The notes below the pieces were generated by a model that did not search any database, had not been told where the DNA came from, and worked only from the letters and a program-made list of their open reading frames with translations. A DNA stretch of 64,000 bases from Promethearchaeota archaeon (GTDB lineage Archaea; Asgardarchaeota; Lokiarchaeia; Sigyniarchaeales; SOKP01): the NCBI GenBank assembly GCA_019058365.1, contig JAHPZE010000018.1:17801-81800 (forward strand). The letters run 5' to 3'. A program made the position numbers and the translations under genes. Positions 48,820 to 58,497 of this stretch are shown in pieces. Numbering within the stretch: position 1 is the first letter of the stretch; each line of letters starts with the position of its first letter.

Positions 48820-50532
48820 TTAAGGATTAATTAATCTTTCACATTCTGATTTCCATTCTAAAAGCATTTTTTTTGAAATTCCTCTAATACCTTCAGCTAG
48901 AACACCTAAACTTGCCTCTTTTAGGTTAGCAATCGTAATAATACCTTTATTTTTTAAATGTCCTAATCTAGCTTTTCCTAATCCGGGTATATTCAATGAA
49001 CTAAGTTCTGTAATTTCATTAACTTCTTCAATTTCTTCTCCCTCTTCTGATATTTCGCCTTCTTCAAAAATTAACTCAGGAGGTTGAAATTTTATCCAAT
49101 CAATTGAGTAATGTTCAAGTATTTGTTTAGTACTGTCTGTTGGGTCATAAGGGGATATAAAAAAGTAATAATTATCTGGATGATTATATACCGTTGTTTC
49201 CTTAATGTTATTTAACCAGCCTGAAAATTTCTCTACTTCTCCTTTTAATGATTTTCTCTGAGTTGTTTTTATTTCTCCGAGAGCACATTTTCTAATTATT
49301 GTTCTATGCCTTGTTTCAGCATACACATCAAGATTATATCCTTCAATGGGTGTAGGTTCTTCAGCAATAAATGTAAAACCGTTATCTATAAGTTTTGGTT
49401 TAATAAACTCTCGCCCCTCTTTCTCATATATTTGGCGCTTTTCTGAAGGTGTTAAATCAAGAAGACCTAGCTTTCTATAAACTTTCTTTATATATTTTCC
49501 AAATTCTCTTGGATTATTACGCTCAATCCAATAAGTAAGTCTTGATTTAGTTTCAGTTTCAAATTTTTTAGTTTCTTCAGGGGTTAAATTTGTAATTTCA
49601 GCACACAATTTTAATGCATCATTATGTTCTTTTTCTGTAAAATTGCAGAATATTATTTCCTTACCCTTCATTCTTGATACAAAACCAGGACTATATCTTT
49701 CAAGAAAAGTATATTTACTGTCACGAGACATTGGACTTTTTAAGAGAAATGATAAAATAAAAAATAATCTTGCATCCTTAGAAGATCGCATATATCGATC
49801 ATAAGTCGAGGATACAAAAGACTCTAAAAACGCTTGAAATACAGGGGCTCCCCATTTTTCAATTTGTTGTACTTCATCAATCGCAATTATTGTTAAAATC
49901 TTATTCTCCATTAAAATATCTATAATGCCATTAAAAAATGCTTGGATATTAGAAATTCTTTGGAAATCTTCTCCATAGAAATATTCTTCAGAAGTATCTT
50001 GCCTAAAATTTCTTACATTCTTAGCTATTGTTGAATTTTTAAAAATTTTTCTGAGATTTCGTATATCATAATCTTCTATAATTTTGAGAATATCTTCTCT
50101 CTTTGATAATGAGGCATAAATTTGATTAAAAATTGCTAGCCACAAACCTTCTTCTGTTTTTTCAGCTACGTGGCGTAAATCTATTTCAAAAAAGAAATTT
50201 AATCCTTGATAATAAGTATCTAAAATATTTTTAAAAAAATCTAAATGAGTTGTCTTGCCAGTTCCATTGTCACCAAGTAGGACTCTTACCTCTGGTCTAT
50301 TACTTCTAATCAATGATTGAAGATCGTTCTTGAAAATCTCAGAAATTTTTGTCTCTTTTTCTTCATTTGAATATATTCCTAGAATATTTTTAGAATTATC
50401 TCTAATTTTTTCATCATATTCTTTTATATTACCAATTATACTGCGATCTAAAAAAAACCATAATTGGGGACCTGCTCCCAGTTGATGAATCTTTTTAATG
50501 CGGTCTAATTTACCGATTTTAACTTGAACCGT
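48820..50532 (-). CDS. P-loop ATPase + PD-(D/E)XK nuclease + C-terminal HhH; probable start at an ACG codon
   Basis: GDNGTGKT, IIAIDEVQ, YNLDVYAE...GEIKT, IPGLGKAR; frame stays open upstream of 50313 as far as an ACG at 50532 preceded by GAGGG. Confidence 0.7.
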   Translation of the reverse strand, partial: TVQVKIGKLDRIKKIHQLGAGPQLWFFLDRSIIGNIKEYDEKIRDNSKNILGIYSNEEKETKISEIFKNDLQSLIRSNRPEVRVLLGDNGTGKTTHLDFFKNILDTYYQGLNFFFEIDLRHVAEKTEEGLWLAIFNQIYASLSKREDILKIIEDYDIRNLRKIFKNSTIAKNVRNFRQDTSEEYFYGEDFQRISNIQAFFNGIIDILMENKILTIIAIDEVQQIEKWGAPVFQAFLESFVSSTYDRYMRSSKDARLFFILSFLLKSPMSRDSKYTFLERYSPGFVSRMKGKEIIFCNFTEKEHNDALKLCAEITNLTPEETKKFETETKSRLTYWIERNNPREFGKYIKKVYRKLGLLDLTPSEKRQIYEKEGREFIKPKLIDNGFTFIAEEPTPIEGYNLDVYAETRHRTIIRKCALGEIKTTQRKSLKGEVEKFSGWLNNIKETTVYNHPDNYYFFISPYDPTDSTKQILEHYSIDWIKFQPPELIFEEGEISEEGEEIEEVNEITELSSLNIPGLGKARLGHLKNKGIITIANLKEASLGVLAEGIRGISKKMLLEWKSECERLINP

Positions 50533-50683
50533 TTTTTATTCCCTCGATATATTGGATTCCCTGCAAGTATTTTTGTTTTGGTATAAAATTATAACTACTT
50601 ATTCTTTAGTGAGTGTTTATTTTTTTGATTAACTGATTAACACTTATTTTAGGTCCTTTTTTAATATTACTTAGAATTAATAA

Positions 50684-51730
50684 ATGTTAGATATTCCAAG
50701 ATTAGCATCAATGACATTTATCCCACAGAGATTGTTTTTAGAAATCACAACGGAATGTAATTTAAGGTGTAAATTATGTAATTTATGGAAACAGAAAGAT
50801 CCACATAATAAATTAAATCTAAGATCTAAACTCAATTTTTTACAAAAATTTTTTTATTGGATCGATAATTTAAATGAAGCGAATCGAAAATCTCTCAATG
50901 TTATATTGACTGGAGGAGAACCCTTTCTTTATCCCAACCAAATTTTTAAATTAGCTCATTTATGCAAAGAGAATGGTGTTAATTGTTATGTTAACACGAA
51001 TGGTTCTTTAATTAAAGATAAAATAGAAACAATTCTAAATTCTGGGTTAAAAGCATTAACGTTTTCAATTGATTCTCATATTAATAAGATTCATGATAAT
51101 TTAAGAGGTAGATTAGGATTATTTCAATACTTAATTGAAGTTTTAAAAGAATTAGAATCCAAAAAGAAAGAAAATGGGTATCCAATAGAAATCTGTATTC
51201 AATCTATTCTTGGTGAATGGAATATAGATTCTTTGTCAACTCATATTAATTTTTTTAAAAATTTAGGATTAGATGGGATAATGTTTCAACCAGTCCAATA
51301 TCCATTTGGACTTTTAATTCCAAAAAACTGGTATATTACATTTGATAAATTTCCTCACTCAACGGGAAAAACTCAAAATGCAATGCGTTATCTACTGAAA
51401 GAAAAGGAAAATACTGGCTTTATTATGAACTCTAAAGAAGAAATTGAGTTATGGAACTATTACTTTGAAAATCCCGAATATTTACCAAAATCTATTAATC
51501 CCTGTAAAAGTTGGGAACAGAATTTAATAATAGATGTGTCTGGTAATGTGAAATTCTGTTTCAATAGGGAATTAAATCCAAAAAATCTGATTGGAAACAT
51601 CCTAAAAACTTCGATAGATGATCTTTGGAATGGAAAAATGGCTTTACAAGTTAAAGAAAGCATGCGATATTGTAATCGAGCATGTGGAGTAATGGCATGT
51701 CATATTGATACAAATTTAAAGAGTAAATAA
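50684..51730 (+). CDS. Radical SAM protein with SPASM/twitch-type C-terminus
   Basis: CNLRCKLC, LTGGEP, NTNGS, FSIDS; C-terminal PC...GNVKFC...CNRACGVMAC. Confidence 0.9.
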   Translation: MLDIPRLASMTFIPQRLFLEITTECNLRCKLCNLWKQKDPHNKLNLRSKLNFLQKFFYWIDNLNEANRKSLNVILTGGEPFLYPNQIFKLAHLCKENGVNCYVNTNGSLIKDKIETILNSGLKALTFSIDSHINKIHDNLRGRLGLFQYLIEVLKELESKKKENGYPIEICIQSILGEWNIDSLSTHINFFKNLGLDGIMFQPVQYPFGLLIPKNWYITFDKFPHSTGKTQNAMRYLLKEKENTGFIMNSKEEIELWNYYFENPEYLPKSINPCKSWEQNLIIDVSGNVKFCFNRELNPKNLIGNILKTSIDDLWNGKMALQVKESMRYCNRACGVMACHIDTNLKSK

Positions 51731-51734
51731 GATA

Positions 51735-52454
51735 ATGATAGAAAAAGTTCCCGTATCAGTCGTTGTCCCCACTTATAATCGGATTTTCAAATTATTTAGA
51801 TTATTAAAAAGTCTGGATAAATTAAATCCATTTCCAGATGAAATAATAATTGTTGATGATAATTCAAAAGATAAAACCGAGGAATTACTTATTAGATGGA
51901 AAAAAATCAAAAGAAATTATGAGAAAAAAGTAATATTGAAATCATCAAATAAAGGTCCTGCTGATTCAAGAAACCTTGGGCTTCTAAAATCTAAGAATAA
52001 ATTAGTGGCGTTTACTGACGATGATGTTATTGTTGATAAGAATTGGGTTAGATTTATCACTCCTAAGCTTTTGAATAGTGATAAAAATTTGGTTGGAGTT
52101 GGAGGAACTGTTAAATCATTGAAATCTGACTTATTAAGTTTATATTACACGGAACATAAGATTCTTGAAGCGCCAAAGCACCTAAATTATTTACCAACTG
52201 TCAATTGTTGCTTTAAAAGAAAGCCATTAATAAGTCTGGGTGGCTTTGATATTACTTTTTCTTTTGCTGGAGGAGAAGATACCGATTTATGTTTAAGATT
52301 AAGAAGAGCAGGATATCATTTTTTGAAAGAGAAAAAAGCTGTAGTATACCATGATTTTTCAAGTAATTTTTTAGATTTCTGTAAGATGTGGATAAGATAT
52401 GGAAAAGGAACTCAACTTGCATTAATGAATTCGAAGAGGAAGGATAATGACTAA
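51735..52454 (+). CDS. Glycosyltransferase family 2
   Basis: SVVVPTYNR, IIVDDNSKD, GPADSRNLG, FTDDD, GGEDTDL. Confidence 0.92.
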   Translation: MIEKVPVSVVVPTYNRIFKLFRLLKSLDKLNPFPDEIIIVDDNSKDKTEELLIRWKKIKRNYEKKVILKSSNKGPADSRNLGLLKSKNKLVAFTDDDVIVDKNWVRFITPKLLNSDKNLVGVGGTVKSLKSDLLSLYYTEHKILEAPKHLNYLPTVNCCFKRKPLISLGGFDITFSFAGGEDTDLCLRLRRAGYHFLKEKKAVVYHDFSSNFLDFCKMWIRYGKGTQLALMNSKRKDND

Positions 52455-52719
52455 ATCTTATATTATAAACAACTCAATTAATAAAAATTTTTATAATAAT
52501 TGGGATGAAGGAATTATTGCCCCAAAATTTAACTTAAAGAGTCTTATTGACGAATTACATTACTATTCAAGGATTTATATCTTGCAGAGAAAATCATTTT
52601 TAATAACAATAAAATTTCTATTTTTAAATGCAATTCAAAGAATATTTTATACACTTGGGACCTTTCTAACTTCACACTCAACTAAGATTAATAAAAACAT
52701 CAACAGTGAAATGGTCTGA
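52447..52719 (+). CDS. Small hypothetical protein (possibly the detached C-terminal part of the GT2)
   Basis: 90 aa, overlaps the GT2 stop, GGAAGGA upstream. Confidence 0.45.
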   Translation: MTKSYIINNSINKNFYNNWDEGIIAPKFNLKSLIDELHYYSRIYILQRKSFLITIKFLFLNAIQRIFYTLGTFLTSHSTKINKNINSEMV

Positions 52720-54477
52720 ACCAGTTAGAGCATGTGCAGTATCTCCCGTAGTGGAGTTGATAATATTGGACGAAAAAAATTGATTAACATAAATAAAATC
52801 AATACGCGAATCATAACTTGGATAACTTATACCCCAATCAGTAGGATTCAAAGCTCGATGAGCATCAGTCCAGCTATGAATAATAGATGAATATGAACTA
52901 TAATCACCCCCGGTATCCGGATTATAATAAGGGGGGATTATCATACTTAGAGGTCCATAACCAAGCCCCCTCTGAAGAGTATTCAGACTCCAATCCTCAG
53001 GAGAAAAGGAGTTTAAATCTCCCAAATAGACTATAGGTAAATTTCCTAAATTATCCATATAATTGATAATACCTTCTTGTTCCCATTCTCTTCTTTGTTC
53101 ATTAACCGCTCCAGACATGGCCTTTAAATGGGAACCAATAACATGCATTAATGTACCACTTACATTTACTTCTACATCAAAAAAATCATGAGTAACATCA
53201 TAACTAGTACTATTATCGAGTAGAACGTGAGTAATCTGATTATAGCTAATAATCGGATAACGGCTCATAATTGCCGCTCCATCAGTAGAATACGATATCC
53301 CTTGAGTACAATAACCAATATAAGGATCTTCATTTGTGAAATAGGTGTTGAATTCACTTACATATTGATTTAATTTTGCATTGCTATTATCATCCCAATA
53401 TCCTGTTTCTAAGAACATGATTATATCAGCGTTCTCTTCTTTTACAACATTTTTCCAATCTGGGTAAGTTAGGGCTTCTCCACTCTCTTTTATATTAAAT
53501 GTCATCAGTTTGAAGATTTCAGAAGGCTCAGGAATAATAACTGAATTATTTACTATCACGGATATTGTATCAGATCCGTTATTTCCAGAGGGATCGATAG
53601 CTTCACAGAGAATGGTATAAAGACCATCAATTTCTTGAGTTGTATTCCAAGAATAGAACTGTGTGGCTGATTTAAAAATGCTATCAACATAAATTGCGTA
53701 GGAACTGATTCCATAGGCATCAGTAGCATCCATAGTAATTGTTACTGTACCTGACACAGTCGAATTAGCCATAGGAGAAATAATAGTAACAATTGGTGGA
53801 GTAGTATCTGGTTCTCCAGTATTATTAGTAATTACAGATATTATATCTGAACCAGTATTATCAAAAGGATCGGTTACCTCACAGAGAATTGAGTGAAAAC
53901 CATCACTTTCTTGTGTTGTATCCCAAGAATAGGATTTTGTACCTGATCTGAAAGCACCATCAATATAAATTGCATAAGAACTGATTCCATTTGCATCAGT
54001 AGCGTCCATATTGATTGTTATATTACCTGAAACAGTCGAACTCGCAGTAGGAGTAGTTATAGTAACACTTGGTGACGTAGTATCTGTTCCTCCGCCATTA
54101 TCAACAAACACAGTAATTTCATCATCCCCCCAAACAGTTTTGTCTTTAGCTCTGCATAAAATAGAATGCGAACCATCAACCTCTAGTGTAGTATCCCATG
54201 TGTAGGAAAAGGAGGAGGTTTGTACTATTACATCATCAATTAAAACCTGTCTTTCAGTTATAATCCATTGTCGGTCAATTGCAGTAAAATTAATTTGAAT
54301 TGTTCCAGAAATACTCTCACCTTGAATTGGATTGTTAATATTAACATTTGGTGGAATATTATCTGGAGTATTTACTATAATATGTAAAATAACGATTGAA
54401 ATCGTATTTAATATCATTAAACTCGTAATAAATGCCAAAAATTTCTTATTTTTACTTAATCGCATTTTCATTGTCAT
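52678..54477 (-). CDS. Membrane-anchored EEP (endonuclease/exonuclease/phosphatase) with three Ig-like repeats
   Basis: N-terminal TM helix; three DxxPPxVxIxxP...YSWDTT...DGxHxI repeats; MTFNI, GDLNS, RIDFIYV, SDH. Confidence 0.88.
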   Translation of the reverse strand: MTMKMRLSKNKKFLAFITSLMILNTISIVILHIIVNTPDNIPPNVNINNPIQGESISGTIQINFTAIDRQWIITERQVLIDDVIVQTSSFSYTWDTTLEVDGSHSILCRAKDKTVWGDDEITVFVDNGGGTDTTSPSVTITTPTASSTVSGNITINMDATDANGISSYAIYIDGAFRSGTKSYSWDTTQESDGFHSILCEVTDPFDNTGSDIISVITNNTGEPDTTPPIVTIISPMANSTVSGTVTITMDATDAYGISSYAIYVDSIFKSATQFYSWNTTQEIDGLYTILCEAIDPSGNNGSDTISVIVNNSVIIPEPSEIFKLMTFNIKESGEALTYPDWKNVVKEENADIIMFLETGYWDDNSNAKLNQYVSEFNTYFTNEDPYIGYCTQGISYSTDGAAIMSRYPIISYNQITHVLLDNSTSYDVTHDFFDVEVNVSGTLMHVIGSHLKAMSGAVNEQRREWEQEGIINYMDNLGNLPIVYLGDLNSFSPEDWSLNTLQRGLGYGPLSMIIPPYYNPDTGGDYSSYSSIIHSWTDAHRALNPTDWGISYPSYDSRIDFIYVNQFFSSNIINSTTGDTAHALTGSDHFTVDVFINLS

Positions 54478-54628
54478 TATTGCTGGATTAATATAGTAAT
54501 AATTGATAACTTCAGGATATATTATTTTTTTAAGATTTGTCCAAATAAATTAATATACGAGGTTTAATAAATATCATTTCCAATTTGAAGCAAGATAGAA
54601 TTATTTTTATTAAAGGATAAATAAAATT

Positions 54629-54643
54629 CGCTTATTTCACGTA
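54629..54643 (-). repeat. Half site, type A, degenerate (arm on right)
   Basis: CGCTTA-TTTCACGTA preceded by taaaatt, as at 44668. Confidence 0.7.
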
Positions 54644-54762
54644 TCTCTGCAAAAACTTATCTAACAATTATTACCTAATTTATAAGTAACCATTTTAAAG
54701 TTCGGGAATTAAGAACTCTATTATTTTATAAAACACATGCTATTTTTACTAATTAAAAATTG

Positions 54763-54777
54763 TAACCGTTTCAAGAA
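54763..54777 (-). repeat. Half site, type B (arm on right)
   Basis: TAACCG-TTTCAAGAA. Confidence 0.8.
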
Positions 54778-54945
54778 CTTTTATATATATTCAAATAATA
54801 CCAGAATAATTTTTTATATTCTACGAGTATTTTATGAACATTCAGTTATTAGGGAGACTGATTTGCTTTAAATTATTTGATTAAATTTATATCTTAAGCA
54901 TAGTCAAAACATCAAATTTTTCTTTATAAAAAACAATTATATAAA

Positions 54946-55524
54946 TTGAAGGGAGTCAAAATGAACAATAAAAAAATTAATTTAGGAGATTTATTATTTA
55001 TCCTGTTTTACAAATATGGCGGAGAAATTAGAGGAATAACTACATTACAGAAATTAATAGATATTGTTAGATTGGATAGTGATCTAGAAGTTGATGTAGA
55101 CTATTCTCCATATGAGTTTGGCGATTTCTCACCGCAAACTAATGATGTAATTCAAGTTTTTATTGATAACTCTTGGATTAATAAAGATAAATTAAAGTTA
55201 GAAGATAATAAATTTATAGAAGTCTATAAATTAACTGAAAAAGGCTGGAAGATTGCTGAGACTATTTATCTAAACTTATTAAGTACTGAACTAGAGAAAT
55301 TAAGTGTAATAGATAAATTTAAAGATAAAACACAAGAAGAAATAATCACATATTCATATTTTTGGTATCCATTGACTGCTATGAACTCTAAAATTAAAGA
55401 TAGAATTTTTAAAAGGAGTAAAATCTCTATATTTTTATCTGGAGAGTTAGAAGATGAATATAATAGCATAAAGTCTTCTGGAGAATCAATTAAAAAGGTA
55501 ATATACGAGTCTTGGAAGTGTTAA
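54946..55524 (+). CDS. YwgA/DUF4065-like wHTH protein (putative antitoxin)
   Basis: IRGITTLQKLI...YSPYEFGDFSP...YKLTEKG; ATG at 54961 is a likely start. Confidence 0.65.
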   Translation: MKGVKMNNKKINLGDLLFILFYKYGGEIRGITTLQKLIDIVRLDSDLEVDVDYSPYEFGDFSPQTNDVIQVFIDNSWINKDKLKLEDNKFIEVYKLTEKGWKIAETIYLNLLSTELEKLSVIDKFKDKTQEEIITYSYFWYPLTAMNSKIKDRIFKRSKISIFLSGELEDEYNSIKSSGESIKKVIYESWKC

Positions 55525-55598
55525 ATTATAGATCGACTTAAAATTACATTTCGACTTAGTTCCAATTGATATCTTAATATCTAAATGGTAAAAATAAA

Positions 55599-56159
55599 AT
55601 GGCTTTAATGTTTATAGATTCGGATATTTTATTTAGTTTTTTTGCGATAAACCAAGAGAAATTCAAAAGGTTTGAAAAAAATAAGACAACAGGAGATAAA
55701 GATTTAGATATTATTTTAACTCTGATTCAAGAAATCGAGCTCAACAATCATCTAATTTGTATATCTGAATTTTCCATATTGGAACTGGTTTGTTTATTAA
55801 AAAGAAGGAGTAGTGCACATAAAATTTCACAAATTATTACTAAAATATATAAAATATGTGATGTGCTACCCTTTAATGACCAAATGATAAAGTTAGCATG
55901 GTATTTAGGCTCAAATTTTAAATTACATTCTGGTGATGCAATTCACATTTCTTTTTCATTATTTCATGATTTAGATTATTTAATCGTAAAAGATAAAGAA
56001 TTTTTTGATTCATTATCTGAAATTCAAAATGATTTTAACAAGAATGGTTCAAAAAATCTTATTAATTATTTTAGTTCAATTAAATTTGCATTAGGTGTAC
56101 CCAAAATTATCATTGAGAAATATACCAATTTAAGCAAGTTAGAAATTAAATTAATTTGA
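55599..56159 (+). CDS. PIN-domain protein
   Basis: MFIDSDIL...SILEL...GDAIH...VKDKEF. Confidence 0.75.
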   Translation: MALMFIDSDILFSFFAINQEKFKRFEKNKTTGDKDLDIILTLIQEIELNNHLICISEFSILELVCLLKRRSSAHKISQIITKIYKICDVLPFNDQMIKLAWYLGSNFKLHSGDAIHISFSLFHDLDYLIVKDKEFFDSLSEIQNDFNKNGSKNLINYFSSIKFALGVPKIIIEKYTNLSKLEIKLI

Positions 56160-56560
56160 GAAAGATTATGATAAAAGAAAAAACAATGCATAAATACATA
56201 GAGAATTATTTTAAAGAATATAAATTCAAACATGAAGTAAAATTTTTTAAAAAAAAGATAGATTTTGTATTTCTTGATAATAATGAGAGACTTCATGCTA
56301 TTGAATTAAAGGTAAGAGATTGGAAAAATGCCTTATCTCAAATTGATACTAATCAATTATTTGCAAATTATTGCTATTTAGGTATTTGGCATTCATATTC
56401 GGGACAAGTAAAAGAAAAACTATTAAAAAAATATGGGATTGGTTTTCTTTCAATTAGTAAAAATAATGTTGAAATTCTTTTAAAACCGAAAAAATCTCCC
56501 ATACTAAATGAGAATTACTTGAAATTAATTAAAAAAGAAATTAAAGAGTGTTATGAATGA
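56156..56560 (+). CDS. Small PD-(D/E)XK nuclease
   Basis: HEV...KIDFVF...AIELKVRDWKNALSQ...FANYCY...YGIGF. Confidence 0.72.
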   Translation: MRKIMIKEKTMHKYIENYFKEYKFKHEVKFFKKKIDFVFLDNNERLHAIELKVRDWKNALSQIDTNQLFANYCYLGIWHSYSGQVKEKLLKKYGIGFLSISKNNVEILLKPKKSPILNENYLKLIKKEIKECYE

Positions 56561-57729
56561 ATTATTTTTTTAAATATTTTATTCAATTTTCCAATTTCTT
56601 TAACAATATTCTACAACCTAAGAGTAATGTATACTTTCAGGGAAGTTATTTATTCAATTATAAGGAAACTTGTTATAATCTTATCATGAAAAAAAAATTT
56701 AAATTTTTTATTGATCCTGAGACTTATAAGTTTCAATTTGGTGGAAAAAAACTTTTCTATACCAAATATTTGACTTACTTCGAAGAGATTAGAGAATTTT
56801 TCAACCAAAATTACCAATTGAAATTTAATTTATTAGATAATTCAAATAATTTTAATGATCTTTATAAAATTGTAATAAGATTTCAGAAAAAAACATTAGC
56901 CTATAGCAATATTCCTTTAGATTATTATATCTCGATTCTTAATGAAGAAAGTCCAGAAATCTCTTTTAATCCAATAGAGAATATTTCATTTATAATCGCA
57001 CCATATTTTGAATTCTCAAAAATTGATGATCCATACTATATTCACACTTTAAATTATTCGAAAATTAAATATGATAATTATGTTTTGTTGAGATTTCATA
57101 AAAATTTATTGAGCAATTCAGATAATATAAAAAGTATTTATAAAGATTTCAATAACAATTCAGGTATCATATTAAATGTAATAGAATTAGATCAATATAA
57201 TAAAAAGGATCTATTACAATACTTTCCGAATCTTATTGATTTAATACATCTTTTTTCTATAAATAATCAAAATGTAATTTTAATAAATAATTCTGAATTA
57301 GGGAAATATTTTAAGTATTTTGGGTTAAATTGTGTATGTTCAAATGTAATGATTGGACAAAGAACAAGACTATTCGATCCTTTTGAAACTGAGAGGAAAG
57401 GCGGTAGTACAAATCTTGTTTATATACCTCAAATTGAACGAAGTGTTTCATTTACAAAAGGAGAGACTTTATTGGCAAGAAATCCAAAACTCGCAAAAAA
57501 CTCTCTAAAAAATATATCTAAGTCAAGCTTAGATGATAGATTGAAATTCTATTATCAAAATCTTCAAAAAAAAGTTTCAAATGTTAATCAGTTGAGTTTT
57601 ACATCAATAAAAAGAGAAATTATTAAATCTTTCGACAAAATTTCAAAGCCAATACATAAAAATCGTTATGATTATGTTTTAAAATGGATTGAGCTTCTTG
57701 AAGATAAATTTAATGAATATTTTTCATAA
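56557..57729 (+). CDS. Hypothetical protein, possibly TIM-barrel (beta-protein-like)
   Basis: 390 aa; FFIDPETYKFQ and IIAPYF motifs; 4-nt overlap with the nuclease gene. Confidence 0.5.
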   Translation: MNYFFKYFIQFSNFFNNILQPKSNVYFQGSYLFNYKETCYNLIMKKKFKFFIDPETYKFQFGGKKLFYTKYLTYFEEIREFFNQNYQLKFNLLDNSNNFNDLYKIVIRFQKKTLAYSNIPLDYYISILNEESPEISFNPIENISFIIAPYFEFSKIDDPYYIHTLNYSKIKYDNYVLLRFHKNLLSNSDNIKSIYKDFNNNSGIILNVIELDQYNKKDLLQYFPNLIDLIHLFSINNQNVILINNSELGKYFKYFGLNCVCSNVMIGQRTRLFDPFETERKGGSTNLVYIPQIERSVSFTKGETLLARNPKLAKNSLKNISKSSLDDRLKFYYQNLQKKVSNVNQLSFTSIKREIIKSFDKISKPIHKNRYDYVLKWIELLEDKFNEYFS

Positions 57730-57816
57730 AAGTAATTTTTCATTTTTATCTTTTAAAGGTTGATACACTAAGATTTCTTTTTTAGAAATATTTTTTCAGT
57801 TTTAGATATCAACCTT

Positions 57817-57831
57817 CGGTTATTTCACGAA
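57817..57831 (-). repeat. Half site, type A (arm on right)
   Basis: CGGTTA-TTTCACGAA. Confidence 0.85.
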
Positions 57832-57953
57832 TCAATGTCTAAGCATTCCGTTCTCACAGATATAAAGTTAAGATATTTGAGAATGAATAACTAATCTCGA
57901 AAAAGGATACTTTAATTAGTTAAAAATAGCTACAATAGAAGTTATAAGACCTA

Positions 57954-57968
57954 TAACCGTTTCACAAA
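57954..57968 (-). repeat. Half site, type B (arm on right)
   Basis: TAACCG-TTTCACAAA. Confidence 0.8.
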
Positions 57969-58039
57969 CAAACATATTATATCGGAATAGATTCTGGTAC
58001 CAATGAAGATAATTGTTTATATTGTTCAAATATATCCAT

Positions 58040-58175
58040 AATTTATTACTCATATATGACCTCTTCAAGGGTTTGTTTTCTTAAATCTTCCTTTAGACTT
58101 GGTTTTGAAATAACATCCACTTTAGCTTTAAAAATCTCTTCTAAATAATATGAAAGACCAATAAAATGGAGATAA
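58040..58175 (-). pseudogene. Relic of the MNT antitoxin 3' half (paralog of 39185-39320)
   Basis: Reverse strand reads HFIGLSYYLEEIFKAKVDVISKPSLKEDLRKQTLEEVIYE*, matching the MNT C-terminus. Confidence 0.85.
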
Positions 58176-58208
58176 ATATTCTTCTATTAGTTATTCATTT
58201 TTAATATT

Positions 58209-58223
58209 CGGTTTTTTCATGAA
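58209..58223 (-). repeat. Half site, type A, degenerate (arm on right)
   Basis: CGGTTT-TTTCATGAA. Confidence 0.65.
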
Positions 58224-58497
58224 TGCTGATGCTGAGTTCCAATCAGTTGAACAGTTTTTGATTGAATGTTCATTAAATTTATTAGGAAAGATAGAAGATT
58301 ATCGTAATGATTTGGAAAAATGTAAATTATTATTAAAAACAAGTTTAAAGAAAAATAGTTAATAATTAGATTAATTCACTTATAAAGACTTTCTATAACG
58401 ACTTAGACCTTCTCTGTCCATTTATAAAAAATTACCTAAATCTAAATATAATATCATGAATTTATAAATCAAAATATAAAATAATGCTAAGTCCAAG

